Assembly (NCBI RefSeq): GCF_028641065.1
Contig: NC_073386.1
Span: 40,796,001-40,860,000 of the forward strand
From: Leucoraja erinacea
Lineage: Eukaryota
Length of the DNA: 64,000 nucleotides
Direction: 5' to 3'
Below are positions 23,591-36,692 of the stretch, in pieces. Numbering within the stretch: position 1 is the first letter of the stretch; the number at the start of each line of letters is the position of its first letter. The translations under genes and the position numbers were made by a program. The notes under the pieces are model-generated. The model had not been told where the DNA came from. It saw only the letters and a program-made list of their open reading frames with translations, and searched no databases.

Positions 23591-26099
23591 ATGACTCCAC
23601 AGGGCCAAGGAGCTGACTGGTCGACTACGGATTACATACGAAAGAAAGACACAGAGGTAGGCCATTCAGCCCTTCAAGCCCACTCCGCCCTTGAGTATAA
23701 TCATGGCTGATCTTATATCCCCAGTGTGAAGAAGGGTCACGGCCTGATTCCCTCCACAGTTGCTGCCTGATCTGTTGAGGTCCTGTTGTGTTTTGACCTT
23801 AGTGTCAGTTTCCCGCACCATCCCCATATCCCTGGATTCCCCTAATTCCATTTTGCTTATTTTCGTATTCAAAGACGGGCCTGTGATATAATGTTTGATT
23901 TTTAGAGGGGGGGGGGGGCAGTGGCAATTGGCATGCAGATGCCCGCAGAAGGTAGGAGATATGTTGAAGAGGATTCCTGTAACCGGCCTCTGGGTGTAGG
24001 AGGTGCTATCGCCAAAGTAAGCACCTGCCTGAGGCATTTGCCAATTTGTGCCATGCTGTTACATTGGCACGACTCAGCCACCCAGTACCTGTACCCATGC
24101 CTCCCAGTCCGCCACCCTGCACAGGCTGGTACTGCCATGTGGGGTGGCTCCACCGCCAGGGGTGCAGCCTTGCAGGTGATCCATTCCCAGTGGCTACGTG
24201 CAGCTCTTGAATCAGCATTAGCACCAGTGCTGCCACACATGCAAAGTGGTTGTGTTGTTTCTGGAGCTTGCCGGACCTGGCTGCGATGATGTTTTCCACT
24301 GTCTTGCAGAATGTACGTATAATCTATGTTTTGCTTTCAGTCTGCGCGTCTGTTGGCTGCTGCAAACAAGATATTCATTGATTGAATTGAAAGATACAGC
24401 GTGAAAACAGGCTCTTTGGCCCATCTAGTCCACGCCTACCATCAATCGCCCTTCACAACAGTTCTATCCCACTTTCGTTATCCACACCCTTCACACTTGG
24501 GGCAATTTATAAAAGCGAATTAATCTACAAACCTGCACATCTGTGGGATGTTGGAGGAAACCGGAGCACCAGGAGGAAACCCACGTGGGCACAAGGAGAA
24601 TGTGCAAACTCCTCACAGACAGCACCCGAGGTCAGGATGGAATCTGGGTCTGCGGCGCCGTGAGGCACCAACACCACTGTGCCATCCATTGCACCCGTAC
24701 CTCATTGTGTACCCTTGTGTAGATGACAGTAAACTCAACTGGACTTGGCTGGCTGTCTTGGAATGACCATAAAACACCTCCCGCTTCCCAAACAGTCCCG
24801 AGGTACTTGGGAATATCCCAAGGAGATGGAGAGAGGCTCCATGTGTGGTGCTTAAGCAGTGCTGCGTCTCAGAGAGATGCTGCTCCTGTGGTACTTAAAC
24901 AGAGTTGCGTCTCTCTGGAGGTTGTTAAACGCCACTGAGCTTTACACTGGTTACTTGAGGCAGCAGCACCACAAGCAGAGAGGGCTGGACAGGGTGGAGC
25001 CGGCTTTACTGGCAACGCAGTTAATTCCATTAGTGAGTGATGAAAAATGCAGCCAGTCCCCGCAGTGCACTGCACTGCTCCATCCCAGGGCTTACATTAA
25101 TTGCAATCCCTCATCTTCATTCGGCAAGAAATCAATAGTTAATGTGGAAACTGTCACAGAGGGTTTTTTTTTTAAAAATCTGACAACACTAGTTATTGCT
25201 GTAAATATTTATTAACCCCCACGCTCCCCTCCCCCCAGTTTTCCTGTATGCAATGCGGCCCTGCCTTGCACAGTACTGCAGGACTGGGCGGGAAGTCTCA
25301 ATGCCATGAAGAGGTTAAATGTCCCCAGCCAGAGTCTGCACTGCTCCTCCATAATAGCTCTGGGAATTGAACATTAATCTCCAACATCCTAATGCAAGCA
25401 TAAAAAAATTAGAGGGCAATTCATCCATATGACAAACAATGTTTATTGTTTTTATGCTTTTATTTATTGCTGATTAATAATGCAAATACCGATCAAATAA
25501 GACTGACAGGTGAGCATTATTCAGTTTGGGGATGAGGAAGGTGGCACAGTGACACAGCGGTGGCATTGCTGCCTTCTAGCACCAAGGACCCGGGTTTGAT
25601 CCTGACTACGGGTGCTGTCTGTACGTAGTTTGCACCTTCTCCCTGTGACCGAATGGGTTTTCTCCGGGTGCTCTCCGGTTTCCTCCCACATTCCAAAGAC
25701 GTGCAGTTTTGTAGGTTAATTGGCCTCTGTGGTAAGTTGGCCTTAGTGTGTAGGATAGAACCAGCCTATGTTTCCATGCTGTTTCTCTGAACTAAATTAA
25801 ACCTGTCTGCTCCCTGTTTGTCTAGGAGGCACCCAATGATGGGACAGTGAGGAAAGGATGGTCAGTGGGAAAGTGGGAAAAACCTCCAATAATTTGCCCA
25901 ATCACCAGGGTTAATCCATGGGCACGGTCGGTATAACCCTATACGTTTTAACATAGTTATGGATCAGGGTGAGAATGGAATTTGGTGAAGTGGTGGGCAC
26001 ACAAGTGACTGCAGATGCTGGAATCTGGAGCAACAAACAATTTGCTGGGGGAACTCAGCTGGCTGACCCCTTGTGCTCTTCCAGCAGAATGTCTGTTGA

Positions 26100-28890
26100 A
26101 GGAGATGTACATGGTGGATCATGAAATCTGGGAGGTATATGGTGAGATTCTAGGTGACATGTCAATATTAAGAATGAGGGTGCGCTGGGTCTCATGAAGA
26201 GCATTAGAGTGGATAGGTCCCTGGGGCCTGATGGGAGCTATCCCAGGTTATTGAAAGAGGCAGCGTTTTGTTATTGAAAGTGAGCATGGTGAGATTCTAG
26301 GTGACATGTCAATACAGGTGCACAACCTTTTATCCGAAAGCCTTGGGACCAGACACTTGTCGGATTTCGGACATTTTCGGATTTCAGAATGGAAGATTTT
26401 TAGCGTAGATTAGGTAGGTAGCGCGGGCGGCTTGAAAAGTCTGGAGCAGCTGCCTCCTCCCCGGAGACCGGGAGAATCATTGCATAAATGTTAGTCAGTT
26501 AGTTTGGAGGGATTTATGTGGTGGTGGTGGTGTAGGGGTGAAGGGGGAAACTTTAATTCTTAGTCCCCTACCTACCTGGTCGGCGACTCCCAACCTCGCG
26601 GAGCTGGGGGCTCCGTGGTGGCGATTGGAGCTCCGACCCCGGCAAACTCTACCCCTGGTGACATGCTCAATATCCAGCGACGCTCCGCGATGTTGTTGTG
26701 TGTCGGCGGGGACCCGGTGGCATTGCTCGCGACGCCGCCGACTCCCGACATTCTCGGAGCTGGGACGTCCGGCCGCGGGCCGCGCTGGATTTGGAGCGCC
26801 TCGCAGCCGGGGTCTTGCACAGCGACCCGGTAAGGCATTGACCGCTCCCCGCCTCTCCGACCAGGTAGGGGACTAAGAATTAAAGTTTACCCCCTTCACC
26901 CCCCTTCACATAAAAGCCCTCCAAACTAACTGACTAACATTTAAGCAATGATTTACAGATGTTTAAGCGTCTCCCGGTCTCCAGGGAGGAGGCAGCCGCT
27001 ACAGTAGTACAGACCTGGGTTGACCGTGGGTCATTTTGGGTCAAGTTTGGCGCCAAACGCGAGCTTTGGTGCGCAGACGACATCTGGAAAAAATGGCCGG
27101 TTTTCGGAGCTTTTCGGTTTCTGGAACACCGGATAAAAGGTTGTGCACCTGTATTAAGAATGAGAGCTTGGGCCTTGATAGAGATATTTAGCATCAGGCG
27201 GCCCAAGAGGACTGGGAATAACGAATATTGTTTCTCTGTTTAAGAAAGGCAATAGGGACAAACCAGGAAATTAACGGATGGTGAGAATTGTATCAGTGGT
27301 AGGGAAAATATCAGAGAAGTTTCTTACAGATAGGTTCTATTGTCACGTCTGGAAGCTATTTTCACATCTGGAAATGCATAGACATATTAGGGGTATCAAA
27401 GACATATCTTTGTAAGGGGGAGATCATATCCTACAAAATTTTTGATGAGGGAGGGCAGTTGCTGATGCCTGGATAGAACATAGAACAGTACAGCACAGAA
27501 ACGGGCCCCTCGGCCTGCAATGTTTATGCCGAACATGACACCTAGTCAGACTGAACTCATCTGCCTGTACATGATCATAACCCTCTATTCCCTGCACTTC
27601 CACATGCCTAGCTAAAAGCCTCTTAAATGCAACTATTGCATCTGCCTCCACCACCACCCTTGGCAACGCGTTCCGGGCCCCCTCTGCACTCTGTGTAAAA
27701 AAAACCCATGCCCCGTGTATCTCCATTATACTTTCTCCCACTCACCTTCTAGCTATGCCCTCTATGCGTAGTAAGGTGGATGTTTCCACCTTACTACATG
27801 GCCTTTAGTAAAGCATTTGGCCAGGTCCTTCATGGAAGACTGATCTAAAAGTTTAAAGCACATAGGATTCACAGAGATTTAGTGGATTGGTTTCAAAATT
27901 GTCTAGGCATAGAAAACAGAGGATAGGATTAGAGAGGTTTTAATCTGATTGATAGGCAAGTAAAAATGGGTGGAGTTGTGGTTGGTAAGGAAGGTTGCCA
28001 AAGCATTGAGCAGGATATGGTTCAGTGGAAATAGATAGAGAAAAGGCAGATGGAGTTTAATCTGGACAATTGTCAGATGTTGCATTTTAAGAGGTCAAAT
28101 GTAAAAAGAAAGTATAAAGTAAATGCCAGAACGCTTTGGAGCATTAATGTGCAGAGGGATTTTGGGGTGTAAGTGCCTAGATCCCTGAAAGTGGCACCAC
28201 AAGTGGATAGGATGGTAAAGAAGGTGCATGGCACACAGTCAGGCCATTGAGTACAAAGCCAGGAAGTCATGTTGTGGCTGTATAAAACTTTGGACAGGCC
28301 ACATTTTATTTCAAAGGTAAATGTGTGTACAAGTACAAAATTACAATTAGAGCACTATTCTAAGGAGACGTCAATCCAAAAAAAAAAAGAATAGACAAAC
28401 AAGTATCAAAGCAAAACATTATTACTCTTATCTAAGATGCCCTAATGTGGCTGGGCCATAATTGGAGCACTTTAGTGCAGTTCTGGTTGGCATGTTATCT
28501 GGAGGATGTGGAGGCTTTGTAGAGGGTGCAGAAGGTTCACCATGATGTTGCCTGGATTACAGAGTAATAGCATTATTTGGGGGTTGGACTAAGTTGGAGC
28601 ATTGAAGTCTGAGGGGCAACCTGATTCAAATATATAAAGTGATGAGAGACACAGATATGTACGTATTCAGGCCTTTCCCCAGAATGGAAACCTCAAACGC
28701 TAGAGGACATAGCTTTAAGGTGAGAGGGGGGAATTTTATTTACAAGGCACCTTATTTTACACGGGGTGTGGAATGTAATGTCTGTGGCGGTGGTGGAAGC
28801 AGATACAATAGCAAAGCTTAAGTGGCATTTAGACAGGCGGAGCATGGAGGGATATAGACCAGTGCACGCTGAAGGATTTAGTTTAAATTG
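26100..28890 (+). mobile_element. Old fragmented CR1 LINE ORF2, hosting the MITE and another LINE tail (about 27475-27765, -)
   Basis: Degenerate motifs: GPDG.YPRLLKEA, KKGNRDKPGN, FSKAF..V.HGRL..K.KAHRI, LYKTL.RPH, N.RGHSFKVRG. Confidence 0.65.
26315..27151. mobile_element. Tc1/mariner-superfamily (pogo/Tigger-like) foldback MITE, 837 bp
   Basis: Perfect 22-bp TIRs CAGGTGCACAACCTTTTATCCG (26315-26336 / 27130-27151), TA TSD, internal ~135-bp inverted arms (about 26449-26583 / 26857-26995). Confidence 0.9.
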
Positions 28891-28896
28891 GCATCA

Positions 28897-29450
28897 TTTG
28901 ACATTCTTGCCATAGAGGGAGTACAGAGACATTGTTGCCATAGAGATAGTACAGAGAAGGTTCACCAGACTGATTCCTGGGATGTCAGGACTTTCATATG
29001 AAGAAAGACGGGATAGACTCGGTTTGTACTCGCTAGAATTTAGAAGATTGAGGGGGGATCTTATAGAAACGTACAAAATTCTTAAGGGGTTGGACAGGCT
29101 ATAAACAGGAAGATTGTTCCCGATGTTGGGGTAGTCCAGAACAACGGGTCACAGTTTAAGGATAAGGGGGAAATCTTTTAGTACCGAGATGAGGAAAACA
29201 TTTTTCACACAGAGAGTGGTGAATCTCTGGAATTCTCTGCCACAGAAGGTAGTTGAGGCCAGTTCATTGGCTATATTTAAGAGGGAGTTAGATGTGGCCC
29301 TTGTGGCTAAAGGGATCAGGGGGTATGGAGAGAAGGCAGGTACAAGATACTGAGTTGGATGATCAGCCATGATCATATTTAATGGCGGTGCAGGCTCGAA
29401 GGGCCGAATGGCCTATTCCTGCACCTATTTTCTATGTCTCTATGTTTCTA
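28897..29450 (+). mobile_element. Young CR1 LINE 3' fragment
   Basis: DILAIEGVQRRFTRLIPG...; 3' UTR ending CTATGTCTCTATGTTTCTA; nearly identical to the copies at 31.3 kb and 36.7 kb. Confidence 0.9.
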
Positions 29451-31254
29451 TCATAGTTGACACAGATGTGGTAAGTCCAGGGCCTCTTCATGTGCTGTAC
29501 TGCCCTCGGTTTCTAAAGCTAACCAAATGACGACATACTCAGTCCAATCTCAGTGGAACAAGAGAAGGTTGCCTCGTGAATCGGACAGCACTGGGGCAGA
29601 TTGCATCTTAGCCCGTTCTTGGCACTAAGCCGCAAAAGGACTATTCAAACATAGGAGGCAATGCTAAAAGGCTGATTGGGTTCTCAGTTAATTAGAGAGG
29701 TTGGGTGGATGAAGACACTTCCACCAAGGAAAAAATGCTCAATGTGAGATGTGAGGTAGTCATGGCTACGGAGGGAGTGGGCATGGAACTCACCCGTAAA
29801 TGTAGCTATTGGTCATTCTTCACACACGCAGTGATCAGCTCTTGGGTATTATGGGCCAACACCCTAGAATGTTTCCAGAGCTGATTAACAGTGATGCATA
29901 TGAGCATCTCCTTGGTCGGACTGAACAGGATGGGCTGAATGGCCACCTTTGGTGATGAGGGCAGCGCGATCATGAGAACTGGTCAGGAGACTGCTCCGGG
30001 TCAGTTGTCAGCTGGCAGGTTCCTCCATTTCTCCCAAATCCAGCCACTTCCCTGGGCATTGCCTTCTGCACAAGGAGCGAGGGAGTTAAACTCCCTGCTG
30101 CCGCCGGTGTTGGCATAGCATCGATGGAGTCAGCAGGAAGGAGAGCATCACCTTCTATTTTTAGGGAGTGCCGAGGTGTTGCAGTGACAGGATGGGATGC
30201 TCAGAGGGCTCCCCAGCTGTCTGAGTAATGTAGTGTGACACCACTGGCCTTTGGGAGTCAGTGCCTGTGCTGCTAATGGATCCAGATCCTGGCCCCACTC
30301 CCATCACACTAGGATCCAGCTCACCAGAAGCTCCACATTAACTCCTGCACCTCTGCCTTCAGTGGCCACACAAGCTTTCCTTCCGCACTTGCCCACCATC
30401 ACTCACCCCTCCCGGAAGTCACTCCCTCTTTCAATGTCCTCTTACTGATGTCCACACCCTGTCTTTTTAACCACATAGACCATCACAGCCAAGTCATCGC
30501 TCATCTCAACCAATAAACAAACACAAAGTGCTGGAGTAACTCAACGGGTTAGGCAGCTTCCTGGGGGGCATGGATGGACGACATTTAGGGTGAAGACCCT
30601 TCTTCAGACTTCCCCTCCCGAGATGCTGCCTGACCTGCTGCGTTACTCGAGCACTTTGTGTGTGTTTTTTTTTTGTAAATTGGCATCTGCACTTCCTTGT
30701 TTCCTATTATAAAGTGAACATTTTTTATTTTTCACAAGGTACCACATTTTCCAGATCTGTGCCCACTCATTTTACATATTTATAGCCCCACTGTAACCTC
30801 CTTATATCCACCATAATTTTTTTCCGACCTGTTCTGCACATCGTTGATAAATTTAGCAATTGTACATTCCATGCCTTCAAAGATTTATAAAAATCATAAA
30901 TAATTGAGGCCCTAACACCAATCTCTATAATACACCACTCATTACATTACATCTCACCTGCCAGAAAAATAAACATTTATCTTTACCCTTTGTTTCCTGT
31001 TAGCCATCCTCTCTTTAACCCTATCTTGGAACAGTACCGCACAGGACCAGGCCTCTCGGCCGATAATACCAGTGCCTAACATGGTGCCAAGACAAACTGG
31101 TAGCTGCCTGCACATGGTCCCTATCCCTCAATACCCTGCACACTTCCTTTAAGCTTTGCCCTTGCACCTTACCATCTAGTATATGTTATATCCATCCTGG
31201 GCAAAAGCTTCTGACTGTCTACCCTATCTATGCCTCTCATAATATTAAATATTT

Positions 31255-31868
31255 ACATAGATACATAGAAAATAGGTGCAGGAGTAGGCCATTCGGCCCT
31301 TCGAGCCTGATCCGCCATTCAATATGATCATGGCTCATCATCCAACTCAGTATCCCGTACCTGCCTTCTCTCCATACCCCCTGATCCCTTTAGCCACAAG
31401 GGCCACATCTAACTCAGTCTTAAATATAGCCAATGAACTGGCCTCAACTACCTTCTATGGCAGAGAATTCCAGAGATTCACCACTCTCTGTGTGAATTTT
31501 TTTTTCTCATCTCAGTCTTAAAGGATTTCCCCTTATCCTTAAGCTGTGACCCCTTGTCCTGGACTTCCCCAACATCGGGAACAATCTTCCTGCATCTAGC
31601 CTATCCAACCCCTTAAGAATTTTGTAAGTTTCTATAAGATCAGCCCTCAATCTCCTAAATTCTAGCGAGTATAAGCCGAATCTATCCAGTCTTTCTTCAT
31701 ATGAAAGTCCTGACATCCCAGGAATCAGTCTGGTGAACCTTCTCTGCACTCCCTCTATGGCAATAATGTCCTTCCTCAGATTTGGAAACCAAAACTGTAC
31801 GCAATACTCCAGGTGTGGTCTCACCAAGACCCTGTACAACCGCAGTAGAACCTCCCTGCTCCTATACT
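31255..31868 (-). mobile_element. Young CR1 LINE 3' fragment
   Basis: LYRVLVRPHLEYCVQFW...RTRGHSLRIRG; same tail as the 28.9 kb copy. Confidence 0.9.
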
Positions 31869-32199
31869 CGATTTCTATCAGGTCTCCCCCTCAACTTCTA
31901 GCATTCCAGAGAAAACAAACCAAATCTGTCCAACCTCTCCTGGTAGCTAATAGCCTCAAATCCAAGCATTAATACACTACCTCCTGCGTCATCTTACATT
32001 TTCCACGCTATTGGTGATGTAACTCCATATCAAATGCCCTTTTAGAATCTAAATATCATACATTTGCCAGTTCCCTCTTATCCTCAGCTACTGTAACTTC
32101 TTCAATAAACTCATATTCAATGGACAAACGTGATTTACTAAACCATGTTGACTTTGCTTGACTCATTCATGTACTTGCCATGATGCCTTGGGGTCTCAT

Positions 32200-32836
32200 G
32201 CAGGACAGAAGCACGTGAGATGCTAGAAGTTGGTATGGAGGATGGTGTGGGAAAGGTTAGTGGGCAGAATAGGCAGGTGAAAGGCGGAGAGCGAGGAAGG
32301 AGGGTTGGTTTAAACTGCACGTATTTTAATGCAAGGGGCCTGATGGAAGAGGCAGATGAGCTTAAGACATGGATAGGGTACGAGCGACTGGGACGTTGTA
32401 GACATGACTGAAACCTGGTTAACGGACGGCAGGACTGGCAGCTCAATGTTCCGGGGTACAGGAGCTTCAAGAGAGACAGGGGTGAGGGAAGAAGAGGAGG
32501 GGGGGTTGCATTGTTGGTTAAGGAGGATGTCACGGCTGTGTTCAGAGGTGACATTATGGACAGTTCGTCTAGTGAGACTATATGGGTGGAGCTGAGGACC
32601 AAGAAAGGGATGATCACCTTGTTGGGAATGTACTACCGACCCCGAATAGTCAATGGGAATTAGAAGAACAAATATGCCAGGAGATTGCAGACAGCTGCAG
32701 GTCAAGTAAGGTTGTTATAGTAGGGGATTTTAACTTTCCCAATATAGACTTGGGAAAATCATAGCGTGAAGGGTTTAGATGGGGTGCAATTCCTCAAAAG
32801 TGTTCAGGAGAGTTTTCTTAAGCAGTAATGTGGAGG
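32200..32836 (+). mobile_element. CR1 LINE ORF2 AP-endonuclease fragment
   Basis: LNCTYFNARGL, TETWL, GGVALLVKE, GMYYRP, VVIVGDFNFPNID (frameshifted). Confidence 0.85.
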
Positions 32837-32863
32837 CTAGGCACATGGCGTGAGTAATTACTC

Positions 32864-34516
32864 AGGGTAGGCAGTCAATCAGCTATTAAAAAATCTTAAA
32901 CCGTGCATGCGCAGATTGTTCTCCTCTCCGTAAACTGACAGTCGACTTTTATAAAGCAATTTGTCTTCAAAAGCCATATCTCTTAATAAAGTACTGTATT
33001 TCCTGGCAATGAAGGCGCATCTGCGTCAAAGACGCACCCCCATTTTGAGTTGCTACATTTTGAAAGAAGGCTGGCAGGACATAGAATTTTATTGCTCAAA
33101 AAAAAAAGTGACAATTCAATTTGCCCAAGGCTTCCATATCTCCTTCATTCTGAATTACTGAATGGGTGTGGGTTGGAGGGTGACGGCAGGTGGAGAGATG
33201 GTGGGAAAGACGGGAGCAAACCGGGACAAGTTGAATCAGTTGTGATCTTATTGAATGACAATACTAGTTTAAGGGACCAATTGGGGGGAGAGTTCCTTTC
33301 AGAGCATATGGAGTCTGGCCAGGGGTAAAGTTGCGGGGAGGGCAGGAGCATTGAGAAGGAGGGGGTCGGGGATCATGCCAGTAACTCACTCACCGCTGCC
33401 GTGGCGTTCCGGGCGCAGAGCCACCGCATTGTGGCGAGGGAGGGAAGTAGTTCGGGTGGCTGCGAGCGGCCGCCAGGACCGGACAGCGGAACCGGCCGCC
33501 ACCTCACCACCTTCTGCCAGCCCGCTCACCTCTTACAGATAACAGGACAGCGGGCGGTGGAGCTCACTCCTGTGTCAGCGCGATCAAGGGACCAATTGAG
33601 GTTACTCGCGCTGACACAGGCGTGAGCTCCACTGCCCTCTGTCCTGTTATCCGTCGTCCACTGATCCGCTCTTGAGCTTGTCCCCTCACTGTCCGGTCTA
33701 CATTGAAAGAGTGAATGCTATGCAGTGTCACCCAGCGCAGCAAGTGAGGCCATGTCCTGCTCCCGGCGACAGTCGGAATTTAAGAATTTGCGGGAAGCGG
33801 CTGACATGAGCGAGGCCGGTGAGCAACAGGAGAGAGGTGTTCAGACGGAGAGTACTGCCAGAGGTGAGCGGGCCGGCAGATGGCGCCGAGGTGACGGCCG
33901 GTTCCGCTGTCCGGTCCCGGCGGCCGCTCGCAGCCACCCGAGCCACTTCCCTCCCCGGCCACAATGCGGTGGCTCCTCGCCTGGAGCGCCGCGGCAGTGG
34001 TGAGTGAGTGAGTTACTAGCATGATCCCCGACCACCTCCTTCTCAACACTCCTGCCCTCCCCACAACTTTACCCCAGACCAGACTCGCCACGTGCTGTGA
34101 AAGGAACTCTTCCTCCCCCCCCACCCCCAGTGGCACTGTCCTTTTACAGCCGCTCCCATCAGCTGCCAGCAATTGTTCTTGATGTTGCTGTACTGAGGGA
34201 TGGCCAAGTCTATCTTTCTTGGCAAACATCCTGACCTTCAGCCTCCAAGACACAGGTAAATTTTCAAGCCTTATTTTTGGGTAAAAAATAGTGTCTTCAT
34301 TGCAGAGAAATACGGTATTTAAAAACATATAGCTCAAAGAAATCTACTTACCACATAATTTGTACACAAACTCCATTCTTCTCTCTTTGTTTCTTAAGAT
34401 ACTCTTAAGATAAGTACAATCCATGTTTGAAAAACCTGCCAAGAAACTTGCGCTGCGCATGTGCAGTACGCAGTCTACGGTGCAAAGGCAGAATTTCAGC
34501 TGCCTTCAGCTACCCT
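32864..34516. mobile_element. Non-autonomous DNA element with short AGGGTAG...CTACCCT termini (outer element)
   Basis: Inverted termini; subterminal GCATGCGCA / TGCGCATG motifs at both ends; hosts the TA-flanked element listed next. Confidence 0.45.
32994..34315. mobile_element. Tc1/mariner-superfamily (Tc2/pogo-like) foldback MITE, about 1.3 kb
   Basis: TIRs C(T/C)GTATTTC...GCAATGAAG flanked by TA (32992-93, 34316-17); ~190-bp inverted arms 33352-33540 / 33855-34045 and an inner hairpin 33538-33651. Confidence 0.8.
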
Positions 34517-35475
34517 TGTCATTGAAGGTTTGAAGCAGTGTCTATGGAACAAGCTGCCAGAGGAGGTAGTTGTGGCTGGGACTATCCCCTTTTAAGAAAC
34601 AGTTAGACAGATACATGGATAGGACAGGTTTGGAGGGATATGGACCGAGCGCACGCAAGTGGGACTAGCGTAGCTGGGACATTGTTGGCGGTGTGGGCGA
34701 GTTGGGCCAAAGGGCCTGTTTCCACACTGTACCTCTCTACGACTCTCTGACATATGAAGTTAATGAGTCTGCAGTTTCCTACTTTTTGTTGCCCGCCCTT
34801 TTTGAACAAACAAGCTACATTGACTATTTTCCAATCCAGGTTCAGGAACACCTTCTTCCCTTCAACCATCAGGCTATTAACCACCACAACCTCCAAGTAA
34901 GCTCCAAATTGTTTGTTCCCAGGGCTGGGGATGGGCATGTTCATGGAGCCTCCACGTCCAGTTGCATGTGTAGTAATCCACTACCATTCATGTCATTTTT
35001 CCTGGCAATCCTGAAGAAGGGTCCCAACCCAGAACATCACCTATCCATTTTCTCCAGAATTGTTGCTTGACCCGCAGTGTCACTACAGCATTTTTTTATC
35101 TCTCCTTTGTATAAACAAGCAATTGCAGTTCCTTTTCATTACATTATACCATTCATGACCAAATGCGTTAGGACTTAAGAGCTTCAATCTGATTCATTAG
35201 GTTGTGAGGATGTTTAGCTCAGTCTATTGCATGTAATTTTTGCTTTTGACAACACAAGCAGCCCTATGTTATTTCACCTTGTTTGCCCTTCAGCACGCAT
35301 TCAGTGTTGATGGCGTTTTAGTTATGGTAGAGTGAGGGATATTATAAGCGACAAGGCTACAGACTAAGGTTCTGTACTTAGCCTATTTATACCTCCAATG
35401 CTGATTCAAAACTGCTGGATAGATTCTGAATCTATCCTTTATAAGACCAGTATCATTCCCATGCATAAGAAACGG

Positions 35476-35773
35476 GGTGGCACGGTGATGCAGCAGTAGA
35501 CTTGCTATATTACAGCGCCAGGGACCTGGGTTCGATCCTGACTATGGGTGCTGTCTGTGCGTAGTTTGTATGTTTCCCCTGTGACCACGTGGGTTTTCTC
35601 CGGGTATTCTAGTTTCCTCTCACATTCCAAAGACATACAGGTTTGTAGGTTAATTGGCTTTGGTAAAATTGTAAATTGTCCCCAGTGTGTAGAAAAGTGC
35701 TAGCATATGGGGTGATCGATGGTCACCTTGGGCCAAAGGGCCTGTTTCTGCACTGTATCTCTAAAGTCTAAAG
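35476..35773 (+). mobile_element. V-SINE (HE1-like), full length
   Basis: GGTGGCACGGTG head, GGTTCGATCC, V-domain, CR1-like tail. Further copies at about 6905-7430, 14440-14850, 19270-19527, 24380-24685, 25541-25802, 38065-38375, 38660-38950, 40748-41032, 54027-54308, 57643-57800, 58448-58810, 62064-62354. Confidence 0.9.
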
Positions 35774-36692
35774 TAACAGCGGAAACAAGAGCGGAAGGAC
35801 AGAATGCCCCTGGAACCAGCTCTGTTATTTTATAAGACCACAACTGGTTTGCCCTTGTGTCCAGGCCCTGCCTGGTCCTTTGAATTCCCTTATAGAATTA
35901 ATTAATATCTGTCCATCTCCACATTGAATGTGGAAGGTAGACACAAAATGCTGGAGTAACTCAGCAGGACCGGCAGCATCTCTGGAGAGAAGCAATGGGT
36001 GACATTTCGGGTCGAGACCCTTCTTCAGAAACAAAGAATGTGTTCGTTGATTCCACAGCTCTCTAGAGTAGAGAATTCCAAAGATGTGTAAAATCCTCTG
36101 GAAAAAGCCAGAGCTGAACACACTCCTCGGCACCTGCATACAATGGTATCTATCTTGTCCCTTCCTATGTGTGGTGGTGGAGGAAAGATTGGTGGAAACA
36201 GTGCTGTGACGTGAAGCCTCTTTCCTTGACCCCCTCGTCTCTGTTGTAAAATGGCAATGCCTTATTCTGAAACAATCCCCTTATTTCAAGATTGTTCCAC
36301 AAGGGACTCGGTATTCACCCTATTAATTCCCCTCAAAATCTTATATATCATTTTTTTTTAAAATTATTTTTAGAAGCAATTGTACAAGAATAAAACATTC
36401 GGCATATAAAATTATACAATCATTGTACAGCTTCAATTTTAACCTTTTAACGAAAATAATGGGAAAAGAGAAAGGAAAGAACAAGAAAGAGAACAATTGA
36501 AAGGTGAAAACTAGTACCCCTCGACTACCAAAGTAGTGTGGCCAAAAAAATCCTATATATTTTAGTGAGATTACTTCTCCAAGGCTCCAATCATTCTTCC
36601 CACGGCAACTCCTTCATCTCAGAAATCGAGGCAGTGAATCCAATCGGACCTGCCTCTAATGCCAAAAATTTCCTTTCAGAAGTAAGGAGACC

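Noticed and set aside
26538-26876. GC-rich ORFs within the MITE cores (also 33351-34337)
   Set aside because: No transposase or other recognisable motifs; they are open because of high GC and palindromic structure
35476-35560. tRNA-like sequences with A and B boxes
   Set aside because: They are SINE heads followed by a V-domain and a LINE-derived tail; no cloverleaf or acceptor stem is evident
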